Shown here piece after piece: positions 21,378 through 32,683 of a stretch of 64,000 bases of DNA. Origin of the DNA: an uncultured delta proteobacterium. Its GTDB lineage: Bacteria > Desulfobacterota > Desulfobacteria > Desulfobacterales > JAFDCJ01. Location of the stretch: positions 32,001 through 96,000 of the forward strand of contig CAVYNY010000030.1 in the NCBI GenBank assembly GCA_963769935.1. The letters are read 5' to 3'. Every line of letters starts with the position of its first letter. Positions within the stretch are counted from its first letter, which is position 1. Below the pieces are notes generated by a model. That model made no database searches, was not told where the DNA came from, and saw nothing but the letters and a program-made list of their open reading frames with translations. The position numbers and the translations under genes are program-made.

Positions 21378-22454
21378 TTACTTTGAGATCATCCTGTGTT
21401 CGTATACTTCCGGGTTGACGATGTGGGCGGGACGTTCTCCCCGCAGGACCGCCAGGCAGGCGTCGAGCGACATCCGGCCCATGGCGTTCACGGCCTCATC
21501 GGTGTGCGCCCCCATGTGAGGCGAAGCAATAACCTGAGGCATCCGCAGCAGCGGATGGTCCGGCCCCGGCGGTTCCTTGCAAAAACAGTCCAGCGCGGCG
21601 CCCGCCAGATGTTCTTTGTCAAGCGCCTGCTGCAGAGCGGCTTCATCGATCAGTTCACCCCGGGCGGTGTTTACCAGCAAGGCGCCCGCTTTCATTTTGT
21701 ACAGAAACTCGGCGTTAACCATGCCGGCGTTGGCGGCGGTGGCCGCGGTATGCAGGGAAACGACATCCGATAATGCCAGCAGCTCATCGAGGGCCACCAG
21801 GCTGACCGCCCCCCCGGCCGCCGCATCCGGCTGAATATAGGGGTCCGAAGCAAGAAGCCGGCAACCGAAAGCACGCAATCTCAGGGCAACCTCCCTGCCG
21901 ATCACCCCGAAGCCAACCAGACCCACGGTCTTGCCCCGCAGACCGACTCCGGCATAGCGGGGCCATTCCCCGCGGCGTGTGGCCTGATCCGCCTGGCAGA
22001 TATGGCGGCCCAGCGCGATCATCAATCCGACGGCCAGTTCGGCCACGGCAGCCGAATTGGCCCCCGGCGTGTTTGCCACGACGATGCCGCGCCGCGTGGC
22101 CGCCGCGACATCCACCCGGTCCACCCCCACCCCGTAACGCGCGATCACCTTCAACCGCTTGGCCGCCGCCAGCGCCGGTGCGTCGATTTGATCCAGGCCG
22201 GCGATCAACCCGTCGGCGTCTATTAGAAGCTCGGCCAGTTCGGCGGATGCGAGGGGTCGGCCGAATGGATTGTAATTCACCGCACCGACTGTTTTTTCCA
22301 GGGTGGACTTAAGATCGGGGTTCCCCTTGGCGAACGAGGTCGGGGTTACCAGGACGCGGCATCCGGAAAGATCTTCACGTTTTTTGGGGCGTATAGCGAA
22401 ATTTGAGACCATCGGGCGTATTCCAGAGTTTTTGGCGGCTTCAGGCTGAACCAT
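21378..22454 (-). CDS. D-isomer-specific 2-hydroxyacid dehydrogenase (SerA-like catalytic part); start uncertain
   Basis: ARYGVGVD, NTPGAN, GFGVIG, NTARG, D.F..EP, PHMGA. Confidence 0.88.
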   Translation of the reverse strand: MVQPEAAKNSGIRPMVSNFAIRPKKREDLSGCRVLVTPTSFAKGNPDLKSTLEKTVGAVNYNPFGRPLASAELAELLIDADGLIAGLDQIDAPALAAAKRLKVIARYGVGVDRVDVAAATRRGIVVANTPGANSAAVAELAVGLMIALGRHICQADQATRRGEWPRYAGVGLRGKTVGLVGFGVIGREVALRLRAFGCRLLASDPYIQPDAAAGGAVSLVALDELLALSDVVSLHTAATAANAGMVNAEFLYKMKAGALLVNTARGELIDEAALQQALDKEHLAGAALDCFCKEPPGPDHPLLRMPQVIASPHMGAHTDEAVNAMGRMSLDACLAVLRGERPAHIVNPEVYEHRMISK

Positions 22455-22608
22455 TTGTCGTGTGTCGAACTTTATACCATTTGCCTATACAAAAAACAAT
22501 TGAATGGACGCGAACCAGCCGTCCGTCCTGAAAAACAACCTGCTGTGGGGTGCAAACGGTGATTTGAAAACTGGAGCAAGTTGTTAAATCGAAGGTCCGG
22601 CGGATCAA

Positions 22609-23760
22609 TTACCAGAGGTTTTGTTCATTTGCTGGATCTAAATTGCCGGTAAACTTCAAAGGCAAAAGCAGCTGTCGATGTTTAGCGGCTTGGCTGGCAT
22701 GGATCGGCTGATCGTCGAAATTGGAAACCGAAATCCCCAGCAATCTGACTTTCTTCACGCCTGCCTCGGTTTTTGACAACAAGGGTCGGATGTATCTCAT
22801 AATAACCGAAGCTCTGTCAGCCGGCTCATCAATCGTAACGCTTCTGGTAATGGACTGAAAATCAAAATATTTAACTTTAAGGGTGACCGTCCGTCCCTTG
22901 GCCTCGCGTTTCAGCAACGAATCTTCCAAATCGCCGGCAAGGCTTTCCAGGATCTCAAGCATCCGGTCCGTATCGTCGATGTCCTGGGCAAAGGTTGTCT
23001 CTTGACCGATGGATTTTCGAATTCGGTTGGGCTCGACCGGCCTGTCATCCAATCCGTGGGCAATGTCATAAAAATAAATTCCCGATTTGCCGAAAAGCTG
23101 TATCAGCTGTTCCTTTTTTAATTTCTTGAGATCGGCACCGGTTTTGATCCCGATTTTGAGCATCTTCTCTTCCGTAACCCTGCCGACTCCGAAGAACTTT
23201 CTGATGGGCAATCTATCGATGAATTCGTCCGCCATTTCAGGGGTAATGACCGTTATCCCATCCGGTTTGTTCATGTCAGAGGCAACTTTGGCCAGAAACT
23301 TGTTGAATGAAACACCGGCTGAGGCAGTGAGTTGGCCGGTCCGCTGATAGATCTGGCGCTTGATTTCACGGGCGATCAGGGTCGCAGACGGCATCTCCTT
23401 GTAATTCTGCGTCACATCGAGAAACGCTTCATCCAGGGACAAAGGCTCAACCAGGCCGGTATATTCATGGAAAATTTCCCTTATTTGGGCCGACACCGCT
23501 CGATACACATCAAATCTGGCCCGCATAAACACGGCATCCGGACAAAGTCGGTAGGCCGTGGCCGAAGCCATGGCAGAGTGCACCCCGAATTTTCTGGCTT
23601 CATAGGAGCACGCCGCCACCACCCCGCGGGAGTTTGGTTCACCGCCCACAATGACAGGTTTGCCCTTTAATTCAGGTCGGTCCCGCTGCTCGACGGAAGC
23701 ATAAAAAGCATCCATGTCGATATGGATTATTTTACGGATAGATGAACCCTTAGGTAGCAT
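22609..23760 (-). CDS. dinB: DNA polymerase IV
   Basis: HIDMDAFYASVE, SYEAR, SLDEA, KPDG; QLLLP clamp-binding-like motif. Confidence 0.96.
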   Translation of the reverse strand: MLPKGSSIRKIIHIDMDAFYASVEQRDRPELKGKPVIVGGEPNSRGVVAACSYEARKFGVHSAMASATAYRLCPDAVFMRARFDVYRAVSAQIREIFHEYTGLVEPLSLDEAFLDVTQNYKEMPSATLIAREIKRQIYQRTGQLTASAGVSFNKFLAKVASDMNKPDGITVITPEMADEFIDRLPIRKFFGVGRVTEEKMLKIGIKTGADLKKLKKEQLIQLFGKSGIYFYDIAHGLDDRPVEPNRIRKSIGQETTFAQDIDDTDRMLEILESLAGDLEDSLLKREAKGRTVTLKVKYFDFQSITRSVTIDEPADRASVIMRYIRPLLSKTEAGVKKVRLLGISVSNFDDQPIHASQAAKHRQLLLPLKFTGNLDPANEQNLW

Positions 23761-24114
23761 AAAATCTTTTCTTGAATTCAGTCGTTGTAATGAAAGTCAT
23801 CGGTAATATTACGCGATCCTGGAATAATGGAATGCTGGAATAAATCTTTATAGGCACTCCGGCTGCCGGCTGATGATAGTTATTCTGGTTTTTACTGAAA
23901 TTTGATCGAATCTGTCAAATCGCCGTGCGAAAGTATTATGATCTTGAGGGCACTGAAACAAAAAATTTAATTTCACATTGATTTCATTGCATTTGGTAAT
24001 TATCTAAATAACTATCGGATCAATCGGCAAAAAAGGCAATATCGACATATTAAAAAAGTAAGGCTTGCCGAGTTCGAGAATTCATACCGGACGTATAAAG
24101 AAGGAAAGCAGGGC

Positions 24115-26253
24115 ATGCAAAAGTCGACCGGGAATCTTCATCAGCGGCTGCGGGTATTGGCTCAAAACCTATGGTGGACATGGCATCCGGAGGTCATCCG
24201 GCTGTTTACCGATCTGGATCAGCATCTTTGGCGGGAGGTGGATCATAATCCGATTGCGTTTTTGAACCGCATGAGTCCCGAAAAGATCGAGCAGCGGGCA
24301 TCCGAACTTGTGCTCCACAGCCGGATAAATCATGCTTTTCGTCGGCTCAACGAATATTTGGAGAAGCCGCTCACCTGGGGCGTCGTACATGGTGGAAGCC
24401 TGTGGAGCCGACCCGTGGTCTATTTTTCGGCAGAATTTGGCTTGCACGAATCGCTTCCGATCTACTCCGGCGGTTTGGGTGTCCTGGCCGGTGATCATCT
24501 GAAGAGTTCGTCCGATCTGGGGATTCCCCTGATCGGAATCGGTCTCTTATATAACCAGGGCTACTTTATGCAGCGCCTGACGAAAGCGGGCTGGCAGGAA
24601 GAAGAATATGTCGACCTGGACGTTAATCAGCTGCCCTTTGAGCCGGTGAGCCGGCCGGACGGCCAGACCCTGGTGATCCGAATCGACACCCGGGATGGAT
24701 TTATACTGGCCAAGCTGTGGCAACTGCAGGTGGGCCGGGTTCGGTTGCTGCTGCTCGACTCGAATGTCGAGGGCAATAAAGATGAGGACCGTATGCTTAC
24801 CTCCCGTCTTTACGGGGGCAATGACCGTACGCGGATTCGTCAGGAGTTGTTATTGGGGATTGGGGGAGCGCGTGTGTTGCAGACGCTCGAAATATTCCCG
24901 GGCGTGCTGCATCTCAACGAGGGCCACAGTGCCTTTGCCATCCTCGAAGAGGTTCGGCGAATCATGGCGGATGATGACATACCGTTCGAGCAGGCGCTGG
25001 CGCTGGTATCGCGCTACACCGTGTTTACGACGCATACACCCGTATCCGCCGGACACGACCGATTCACTCCGGAGCTGTTGGAAGAACATCTGGGGGTTTT
25101 CCGTGAGAAACTGGGATTATCGCATGAAGCGCTGATGGCATTGGGCCGTGTAAATCGAGACGATAAGACCGAGCCGTTTTGCATGACCGTGCTGGCTCTG
25201 AAAAATTCGCGTCACGCCAATGCCGTCTCCTCAATCCACGGGGATATCAGCCGCCGCATGTGGCGCGCACTCTGGCCGGACCGGCCCGAGACCGAGATTC
25301 CGATCGGCCACATCACAAACGGCGTTCATGTGCTGTCTTGGATCGCACCGCCGATGTACAAGCTATTTGAAACACGGCTGGCCCATGATTGGCCGACCCG
25401 CATGATACACCCGGATATTTGGGAAAAGGTATCCGAGATTGATCCCGGAGAGCTGTGGGAGGTCCACCAGATTTTAAATATGCGGTTGATCATTTTTGTC
25501 CGGCGGCGATTGCTCCACCAGGCCCAACGACTGGGGGACCATGAAACCATCCAGCAGATCGATCAAATTCTCGACCCGCATATCCTAACCATCGGTTCGG
25601 CCCGGCGATTTGCGACTTATAAGCGGGGGGACCTTGTTCTGTCTCAACCTGAGCGCCTGGTGAATTTGGTGGCGGATTCGAAGCGGCCGATTCAGATCAT
25701 TTTTGCCGGAAAAGCTCATCCGCGCGACGACGAAGGCAAAAAAATTCTGCAGCGAATCATGCAGTCCACAACTGACCCGGCCCTTAAAAGGCGCCTTGTA
25801 TTCGTCGAAGATTACGATTACAATGTTGCCCGCCACCTGGTGCAAGGAGTGGACGTGTGGTTGAATACCCCGCGGCGACCCTTGGAAGCGTGCGGAACCA
25901 GCGGTCAGAAGGTGGTATTGAACGGAGGATTGAACCTCTCCATTCTTGATGGGTGGTGGAATGAGGCGTTTAACGGCAGAAACGGTTTTCCCATCGGCCA
26001 CGGCGGTATGCACAATGATCCCAATGTGCAGGATCGCCGCGACAGCGAATTTCTTTATGAAGCTCTGGAGCAACAAGTGATACCGCTTTACTACGAACGC
26101 GACGAAAGCGGCATCCCGCATCGCTGGATCGAACGGATTAAAGGGTCCATGCAAAGTCTGGGATGGCGGTTTAACGCCGACCGCATGGTCAGAGACTATG
26201 CCGTGCGGTTTTATCTCCCTGCAACCGGAGCCATATCGACAACGACAGACTAG
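24115..26253 (+). CDS. glgP: Alpha-glucan (glycogen) phosphorylase
   Basis: YSGGLGVLAGD, HLNEGH, ITNGVH, ARRFATYKR, EACGTSGQK (PLP lysine), LDGWW. Confidence 0.95.
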   Translation: MQKSTGNLHQRLRVLAQNLWWTWHPEVIRLFTDLDQHLWREVDHNPIAFLNRMSPEKIEQRASELVLHSRINHAFRRLNEYLEKPLTWGVVHGGSLWSRPVVYFSAEFGLHESLPIYSGGLGVLAGDHLKSSSDLGIPLIGIGLLYNQGYFMQRLTKAGWQEEEYVDLDVNQLPFEPVSRPDGQTLVIRIDTRDGFILAKLWQLQVGRVRLLLLDSNVEGNKDEDRMLTSRLYGGNDRTRIRQELLLGIGGARVLQTLEIFPGVLHLNEGHSAFAILEEVRRIMADDDIPFEQALALVSRYTVFTTHTPVSAGHDRFTPELLEEHLGVFREKLGLSHEALMALGRVNRDDKTEPFCMTVLALKNSRHANAVSSIHGDISRRMWRALWPDRPETEIPIGHITNGVHVLSWIAPPMYKLFETRLAHDWPTRMIHPDIWEKVSEIDPGELWEVHQILNMRLIIFVRRRLLHQAQRLGDHETIQQIDQILDPHILTIGSARRFATYKRGDLVLSQPERLVNLVADSKRPIQIIFAGKAHPRDDEGKKILQRIMQSTTDPALKRRLVFVEDYDYNVARHLVQGVDVWLNTPRRPLEACGTSGQKVVLNGGLNLSILDGWWNEAFNGRNGFPIGHGGMHNDPNVQDRRDSEFLYEALEQQVIPLYYERDESGIPHRWIERIKGSMQSLGWRFNADRMVRDYAVRFYLPATGAISTTTD

Positions 26254-26276
26254 TCAAACGCCCCTCATGATTGGAT

Positions 26277-26585
26277 TTAAGCCCTTGAAATGATAAAAAT
26301 CGTATCGAGTTTCAAGGTCTGGAAAAGCTCATACAAAGTCTGGGAAAGATTTTCGAGCCGAATTTTACCACCGTTCACCGCCATGTCCTTATAGAAAAGC
26401 AGCAGCTTTCCTATGCCGGCGCTGCCGATGTGGGTTACCTTGTGAAAATCAATAATCAGCTCTTTATGCGAGGCTGAATTCAGTTCACGAAATCGCTGCT
26501 TAAGATCTTCGGCACCCTTCTCGTCGATTTCTCCTTTCACCTCAAAGCGTAAGCGGTCGGCTTCAGAAGTTACTGATATTTCCAT
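26277..26585 (-). CDS. STAS-domain anti-sigma factor antagonist
   Basis: VKGEID, IIDF..VTHIGSAGIG with phosphoacceptor Ser. Confidence 0.85.
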   Translation of the reverse strand: MEISVTSEADRLRFEVKGEIDEKGAEDLKQRFRELNSASHKELIIDFHKVTHIGSAGIGKLLLFYKDMAVNGGKIRLENLSQTLYELFQTLKLDTIFIISRA

Positions 26586-26655
26586 GTCATTGTTCCTTCC
26601 TTTTTAGCAGGATTTGTTGGGTTTTGCCTTCTAAGACCCAAACAAGATTGAGGTT

Positions 26656-29328
26656 TTATATTCGGGGAGACGTTTGAACCCCTGTTGGTTGAGCATTCTT
26701 TTTGTAAGACATCACAATATGGCTTCCCTCTTGTTTCCACCCCACTGATTCGGCCAATCTGTTAACGAGGAATATGCCTCTGCCGGAAAATTTGGTAATA
26801 TTCTCCTCAGCCGTGGGATCGGGGACGTTGTCATAATCAAATCCCCTTCCCTCGTCCAGCACCTCGAGATGAAAGTCGTTGCCGAACCGCCAACGAACGG
26901 TCACGGCTTTATCGGCTGCCTGCCGGTTGCCATGTCTCCAGGCATTCAAGATCGTTTCCTCGCAGGCCGTTCTGAGACGCAACTCGGGAGCCCCATACCC
27001 GCGTTGCAGCCATTCGGGTTTCAGGCGGGCATACACCTGCCCGATAAACCGGCAAACATCATCCTGATCCTGCGGCCGCCAGACCTGCTGCCGATAATTT
27101 CTGCGGTCCTCAACTTCCAGGCCCAGCAATGTTATATCATCACCGGATGAGTTTTTGGCGCCGTTCAAGCTATCAGGCAGGAAAACTTCTTCACCACTTA
27201 ATCCGGAAATCATCCCGAGCATGGCAGACATTATCTCGGAAACCGGGGCTTGCGGATCCCGCTGAACAATTTCGCCGATGATTTTTCTCAGCTCCTGTAT
27301 AGTGATTATTTTTCGGCGTTTCCTAAACGGCATTTCGACTAACCCGTCCGTATAAAAAATCAATCTATCACCCGGTTGGAGTCGGCACTCACCGGCTGAA
27401 AAAGCCCGCCCGGCCATGACGGCCATGGGCAGGTTTGTGCCGGCCCCATGGGGCCGTGGAAGTTCGACAATTTCATTTCCCCGAATCAGAAAAAACGGTG
27501 GATGCCCGCATGAAACATACCTGAAATTAAGGGTCTTATGGTCCAGTTCGGCATTGATTGAGGTACAAAAGTCTTCTTCCTGAAAAAGCCCTGAATGACA
27601 GATTTCATCGTTTAGGCAGGCGGTGACTTCTTCAATTCCCGACCCGTTCTTGTTGTTCAAGACGCCATTGTGAATCAGGTCCGTGAGGATGCTTCGCAAC
27701 ACGCAGCCGACTTCATGCCCGGATTGATCTTTCAGGCTGACTACGGTTTTGCCGTGCCCGTTGGGGTTGCCGGCGGCCAAGCGGCGTACGAAAAAATGGT
27801 CACCGCCGGCGGCGTGGCAGGGCAGAAATGCCGCATCCACAAACAAGGATAGACCATCGCCAATATCCGTGTAGCGCGGCGGAGCGGCGTTGATTACTCC
27901 CAGGATATTTTTGGCCAGATCGATGTTGATTTCCTGTTGCCTTAGAAGCGCTTTGATATCGGATATATCCTGCATGCTTTGCACTATGTAGTCATGGCCT
28001 TTGATTGTTGCCCTGGCGGCCGACCGCCTGACCTGAATCGCACCGCGGTTGAGAGTTCGCAGAACACAGTCATCAATCTCGGCCCTTTCACACGGTTCCG
28101 GCCGGGGACACAATCCCAGAACCCTCAGGCACATGTGTTCATGGCAGTCGCGTCCCAGAAGCTCGTATACCTCGCATCCGAACATGGCGGCAACATAAGG
28201 ATTCGCATCAACAATTTTGCTGGTTTTAGGATCAATGATCATTACGCCCGTTTGAATTGTTTTCATAACAGTGCGCAGGTATTCTTCGTTTTCTCGGAGG
28301 GCATCTTCGGCTCGTTTGCGGGCGGTGACGTCGTTTATGAAAGAAAGAGCCGCCGGCCTGCCTTCCCAATCGACCCGGATGGTGTTGACCTCGGCCCATC
28401 GCTCATGGCCGAGTTTATCGACTATCCGCGTCTGGTAAATATTGGAGACATCTTCTCCCTGCATTCTCTTGCGGTGGCGTTGCAGGACTGTTGCGCGATC
28501 AGCCGAGTGTATAAACTCAAAAAAAGGCCGGTTTTGCAACTCTTTATCTGAATATCCCCAAACCTCCTGAACTTTGCGGTTGAGAAATTTGATTTTGCCA
28601 TCCTGGATCACGACAATGCTTTCGTTGGCGTTTTCAACAACCAGCCTGTTTTTACGCTCACTTTCCTGTAAGGCCGTTTCCGCCCGTCTTTGGGCTGTAA
28701 TGGTTTTGTTGACGTTAACCGCCAGCAGAATATTTAAAATAAAAAGAGCGCCGACAAATGCAAACAGATATGAAAACGACTGCCGGAACAACCTGTTTAG
28801 CCGCTTTTGACGGTCGGTAATGTCATAATGAAACTCAAAAGCACCTAGAAATCGGCCAGTGCTCATAAGCGGCACAAATACTTCAACGATATCATCAGTA
28901 GCGACCCGTTCGTCCGCCGACCGGGTTTGTGGGTGCACTTCTTCGGAGTGAACCCGGCCTTTGGCCACGGTGGTGTGGAAATAGTTGCTATCGTTCTTCA
29001 ACCCGATATCTTCAGGGGCGGTGGAATAGATAACCTCCCTGGCTGGCGATAAGATTCGAACTTTCTCGAGCTTAAAGTCTCTCTTGATTATGAAGATCTC
29101 TTTTGTAAGATCCTCTGAAACCATTAATTCCTCTTGGCCGGCAGCTTCCCGCACTGCAATACTTCTTAAATGTTGCGCTGTGCGGATGGCCTCGTTCTCG
29201 ACGTTTTGAGTCTGCAGCTTGCTGAACGCCGGATAAATAATGACAAAGAAAAATAATGGCAAACCGATAATTAAAGCCAAAGAAATGAGCACGACATTTT
29301 TTAATAATTTTATTTTAAAGCGATACAT
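26656..29328 (-). CDS. Membrane sensor: 2 TM / extracytoplasmic domain - PAS x2 - PP2C (SpoIIE) phosphatase - RsbW-like kinase
   Basis: GGDHF, KDQSGH, CGHPP, YTDGLVE, DDITL; then EETILNAWRHGN, DEGRGF, SGRGIFLV. Confidence 0.85.
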   Translation of the reverse strand: MYRFKIKLLKNVVLISLALIIGLPLFFFVIIYPAFSKLQTQNVENEAIRTAQHLRSIAVREAAGQEELMVSEDLTKEIFIIKRDFKLEKVRILSPAREVIYSTAPEDIGLKNDSNYFHTTVAKGRVHSEEVHPQTRSADERVATDDIVEVFVPLMSTGRFLGAFEFHYDITDRQKRLNRLFRQSFSYLFAFVGALFILNILLAVNVNKTITAQRRAETALQESERKNRLVVENANESIVVIQDGKIKFLNRKVQEVWGYSDKELQNRPFFEFIHSADRATVLQRHRKRMQGEDVSNIYQTRIVDKLGHERWAEVNTIRVDWEGRPAALSFINDVTARKRAEDALRENEEYLRTVMKTIQTGVMIIDPKTSKIVDANPYVAAMFGCEVYELLGRDCHEHMCLRVLGLCPRPEPCERAEIDDCVLRTLNRGAIQVRRSAARATIKGHDYIVQSMQDISDIKALLRQQEINIDLAKNILGVINAAPPRYTDIGDGLSLFVDAAFLPCHAAGGDHFFVRRLAAGNPNGHGKTVVSLKDQSGHEVGCVLRSILTDLIHNGVLNNKNGSGIEEVTACLNDEICHSGLFQEEDFCTSINAELDHKTLNFRYVSCGHPPFFLIRGNEIVELPRPHGAGTNLPMAVMAGRAFSAGECRLQPGDRLIFYTDGLVEMPFRKRRKIITIQELRKIIGEIVQRDPQAPVSEIMSAMLGMISGLSGEEVFLPDSLNGAKNSSGDDITLLGLEVEDRRNYRQQVWRPQDQDDVCRFIGQVYARLKPEWLQRGYGAPELRLRTACEETILNAWRHGNRQAADKAVTVRWRFGNDFHLEVLDEGRGFDYDNVPDPTAEENITKFSGRGIFLVNRLAESVGWKQEGSHIVMSYKKNAQPTGVQTSPRI

Positions 29329-29351
29329 AAAAGCCGCTCAATCGCATGAAT

Positions 29352-30881
29352 TCAGATGTCTAAAATGACCTTGCGCCGCCTTTGGGGCATTTTTCCAGCG
29401 GTGGTTAATTTGGTCCCGCTGCGGGTATGGATCGCCGGCCCGGCAGTGACGGTCCGGCCTTCAATTAAGCCGACCAGGTCGCGGACAACCCCCTGCATGG
29501 TTTCGGCCTGGGCCGAAAGTTCCTCGGCCGCCGAAGCGGATTCCTCGGAGGTGGCCGCATTTTGCTGGGTAATCTGCTCAATCCGGCCGGCGGCTGTGCT
29601 GACCTGTTCGATTCCCCTGGAATGCTCACTGCTGGCCGTTGTGATCGCAGCGGTTTTTTCACCCATTACAGTGGCCGATTCGATAATGCCTTCAAAGTCG
29701 GAGTTGACCTCCTTGATGGCGTCGGCGGACTCACTGACCCGCTTGATGGTTGCGTCCAACAACTCCTGAGTGTTTTTGGCGGCCTCCGTGGCCCGGATGG
29801 CCAGATTCCTGACCTCGTCGGCCACCACGGCAAAACCGGCCCCTGCTTCCCCGGCACGAGCCGCCTCCACGGCCGCGTTGAGAGCCAGCAGATTGGTCTG
29901 GAAGGCAATCTCATCGATGGTCTTGATGATTTGGCCGATCCGGCCGCTGTCGGCCTCGATTTGAGCCATCTTGCGGGTCAGGTCTATGAGGGACTTTAAG
30001 GACTGGGCGGATTTTTCGATATTTTCATTCATCAGTTGCCCTGCTCCCCGGGTCAGCTCCGTCGTCTCTTTGCTCGTGGCCGCCATCTCTTCCAGGGCGG
30101 AAACCGTCTCCTGCAGGGAGGCTGCCTGCTCCGATGAGCCTTGGGCCAACGACTGGCTGGATTGGGATACCTGGGCGGCGGTCGAAGCTATCTGCTCGAC
30201 GCCCAGGTCGAGGTCCTCGATGACCTGGTTGATGGGCCCGGCAATTGACCGCGACATTAAATATGATACCAGCAGACCGCCGGCGGCGATGATGGCAATT
30301 AAAACGAAAATAAGCCGGTACGTATGGGCCAACTCCTTTTCAACATCATCGATATATATCCCTGAGCCGATGATCCATTTCCATTGCGGAATCAGCTTTA
30401 CATAAGAAATTTTAGGAACCGGTTTGGCTTCACCCGGTTTCGGCCAGTAGTAATCCACAAAGCCGGCGCCATCCTTGCTGCAGACCTTGACCATTTCCAC
30501 AAACAGCCGCTTGCCATTGGGGTCCTTATTGTCGGTCAAATCCTTTCCATCCAATTCCGGTTTTAAAGGGTGCATAACCATTTTAGGGGTCATGTCATTG
30601 AGCCAGAAATAATCGTTATGCTCATAGCGCATATTTTTAATGGCTGCTCTGGCTCCGGCCTGGGCCTTTTCCAGGGTCATGGTGTTGGATTCTGCCTGTT
30701 TGACATAATATTCCAACACACCCCAGGCCGCCTCCACCAAATTTCTCGTTTTTAAATACCTGGCGTCATACATGTTTTGCTTTAATTTCGGATATAACCA
30801 TAAAAAAATCAGTGCAAAACAGATCGTGATAACAATTCCCAGGGAGAGTATCTTCGTTGAGAGTTTAAATTTGGGGGACAT
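29352..30881 (-). CDS. Methyl-accepting chemotaxis protein with single Cache domain
   Basis: YFW...MVMHP...KDPNGK...YYWPKPG...[29 protein letters not shown]. Confidence 0.95.
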   Translation of the reverse strand: MSPKFKLSTKILSLGIVITICFALIFLWLYPKLKQNMYDARYLKTRNLVEAAWGVLEYYVKQAESNTMTLEKAQAGARAAIKNMRYEHNDYFWLNDMTPKMVMHPLKPELDGKDLTDNKDPNGKRLFVEMVKVCSKDGAGFVDYYWPKPGEAKPVPKISYVKLIPQWKWIIGSGIYIDDVEKELAHTYRLIFVLIAIIAAGGLLVSYLMSRSIAGPINQVIEDLDLGVEQIASTAAQVSQSSQSLAQGSSEQAASLQETVSALEEMAATSKETTELTRGAGQLMNENIEKSAQSLKSLIDLTRKMAQIEADSGRIGQIIKTIDEIAFQTNLLALNAAVEAARAGEAGAGFAVVADEVRNLAIRATEAAKNTQELLDATIKRVSESADAIKEVNSDFEGIIESATVMGEKTAAITTASSEHSRGIEQVSTAAGRIEQITQQNAATSEESASAAEELSAQAETMQGVVRDLVGLIEGRTVTAGPAIHTRSGTKLTTAGKMPQRRRKVILDI

Positions 30882-30938
30882 TGAATTTTCCTTTTATAAA
30901 ATTACTGGAATTGAAATAAATAATCAGGCAACAAATAT

Positions 30939-30965
30939 GTATCGGCTTTAAGTCCTTATTCTTTA
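30939..30965 (-). promoter_or_regulatory. Sigma28 (FliA)-type promoter for the MCP operon
   Basis: Minus strand TAAA-15nt-GCCGATAC versus consensus TAAA-N15-GCCGATAA, about 58 nt upstream of MCP ATG. Confidence 0.75.
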
Positions 30966-31072
30966 ATCGGAAAATGTCCAAAAACTTGAGAACCTTGCTA
31001 AGATACTTATATTGGGCAGTAGCGAAAGCATAAACGGGTTGTAATCGATGATTTTTGCAAAAGGATATAAAA

Positions 31073-31597
31073 ATGAAACTACCGGACATTCAAATCAAAA
31101 AAATCCTGTATGCCACCGATCTATCGGAAGCTGCTGTCCACGCCTTTGCTTATGCCGCAAACCTTGCCAACACGTACGGTGCCGGCATTACAATTCTGCA
31201 TGTGATTGCCGAAATCCAAGGGGAAGAATTTATATTGAACATGATCGACAGCGACACCTGGAGCGAGATCAAACGGCGTCATTATTCCGAAGCCAGGGAA
31301 ATACTGAGAGGCAATAAAAGAGATCATGTCGCCATAAAGGAAGTTCTCCAGGCATTTTCCGAGGGAGTAAAGGCCAATGCGGAAAATCAGACCTTTGTTA
31401 CCGACGAAATTTTAATCGAATCCGGCACCCCCGCCGAAACTATTGTGCAAACTGCGCAGAAACAGCATTGTGATCTGATCGTCATGGGCACCCACGGCCA
31501 CGGCATCATCGCCGATGTCCTGATGGGCAGCACCGCCAAATGGGTGATCAAACATTCGCCAATCCCGGTTTTGATCGTGCGATTGCCCAAGGAGTGA
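31073..31597 (+). CDS. Universal stress protein
   Basis: KKILYATDLS, LIVMGTHG, MGSTAKWV, PVLIV. Confidence 0.92.
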   Translation: MKLPDIQIKKILYATDLSEAAVHAFAYAANLANTYGAGITILHVIAEIQGEEFILNMIDSDTWSEIKRRHYSEAREILRGNKRDHVAIKEVLQAFSEGVKANAENQTFVTDEILIESGTPAETIVQTAQKQHCDLIVMGTHGHGIIADVLMGSTAKWVIKHSPIPVLIVRLPKE

Positions 31598-31974
31598 AAA
31601 AGCCGAGTACAGAGTGCCATCGGAATGAAGAATATCATCCCGCAGGGGTTGGTGCTAACGTAGTAGGCATATGAGCGCGTCCGCTGGCCTGAAAAACGGC
31701 CAGTCAGACCAATCAAGGAGACTTTGTTAGATGTCGGCACCGAGTCTGTAAGGTCCTCTATGGTTGAGCGGTTTATGAAACGCGATATATTGCGCGGGTC
31801 AGTTGCTCATCAGTGGTTAAAAACCAAATCCCACCGAGCATGGATTCGGTTCTGACCCACACCTGAAAAGGTTTCACAGTTGAACCAGCTCGAATCATAT
31901 GGCACGGGAGGAAATTTCCGTGAGCCTGGCTCCCCGCCGTTGTTCTGGTCTCCCCTCGGCAGAATCCCAAGACT

Positions 31975-32683
31975 TCATCCGCCCAGATAAAGCCGCTGGA
32001 CATCCGGGTTGTCTAATAGTTGTCGGCCGGTTCCCGCCAGCCGGTTGCGGCCCAATTCCAGAACATACCCCCTGTGGGAGACAGAAAGCGCTTTGCGGGC
32101 GTTTTGCTCGACCAACAGAAAGGATGTACCCTCTTTGTTCATTTCCCGGATTTCCTCGAAAATAAGGTCAACAACCATGGGCGAAAGGCCGAGGGAAGGT
32201 TCATCCAACAGGACAAGTTGCGGCCGCAGAAGAAGAATACGGCTAAGCGCCAGCATCTGGCGCTGGCCGCCGGAAAGTTCCCGGGCAGAACGCGTTTTCA
32301 TTTCTTTTAGGGCGGGAAATTTTTCCAGTGCCTTTTCAATGCACCGGTGAAGTTTTTCATGGTCCTGCAGGAGTAAACCGGCCATTTCCAGATTTTCCAG
32401 CACCGTTAGATTGGGAAAGATGTTATCACCCTGGGGGATAAAAATGAGTCCCTTGCGGCCCTTTCTTCGCAACGCCGACGCAAGTCGCGTCCTCCCCATT
32501 GAACAGGACCTTTCCAGCGACCGGTGTAATCTGACCTGCAACTGTCCTCAACACGGTGGATTTCCCCGCCCCGTTGGGACCGATTAAACAAACTATCTCC
32601 CCTCTATCAACGTAAAGATCGACATCGTACAAGACGGTAAGGGGCCCGTACCCGGCGGTGATCTTGCTCAGCTCAAGCAGCAT
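31975..32683 (-). pseudogene. livF: LivF-like ABC ATPase, frameshifted (+1 near 32460)
   Basis: GPNGAGKST in one frame; PQG, LSGGQRQM, LDEPSLG, VEQN in another. Confidence 0.8.

Noticed and set aside
23760..24110. LexA box upstream of dinB
   Set aside because: No convincing palindrome matching SOS boxes I know.
31680..31730. Short REP-like element (ctggcc-tgaaaaac-ggccag)
   Set aside because: Single copy in the window; cannot be supported as a repeat without the genome.
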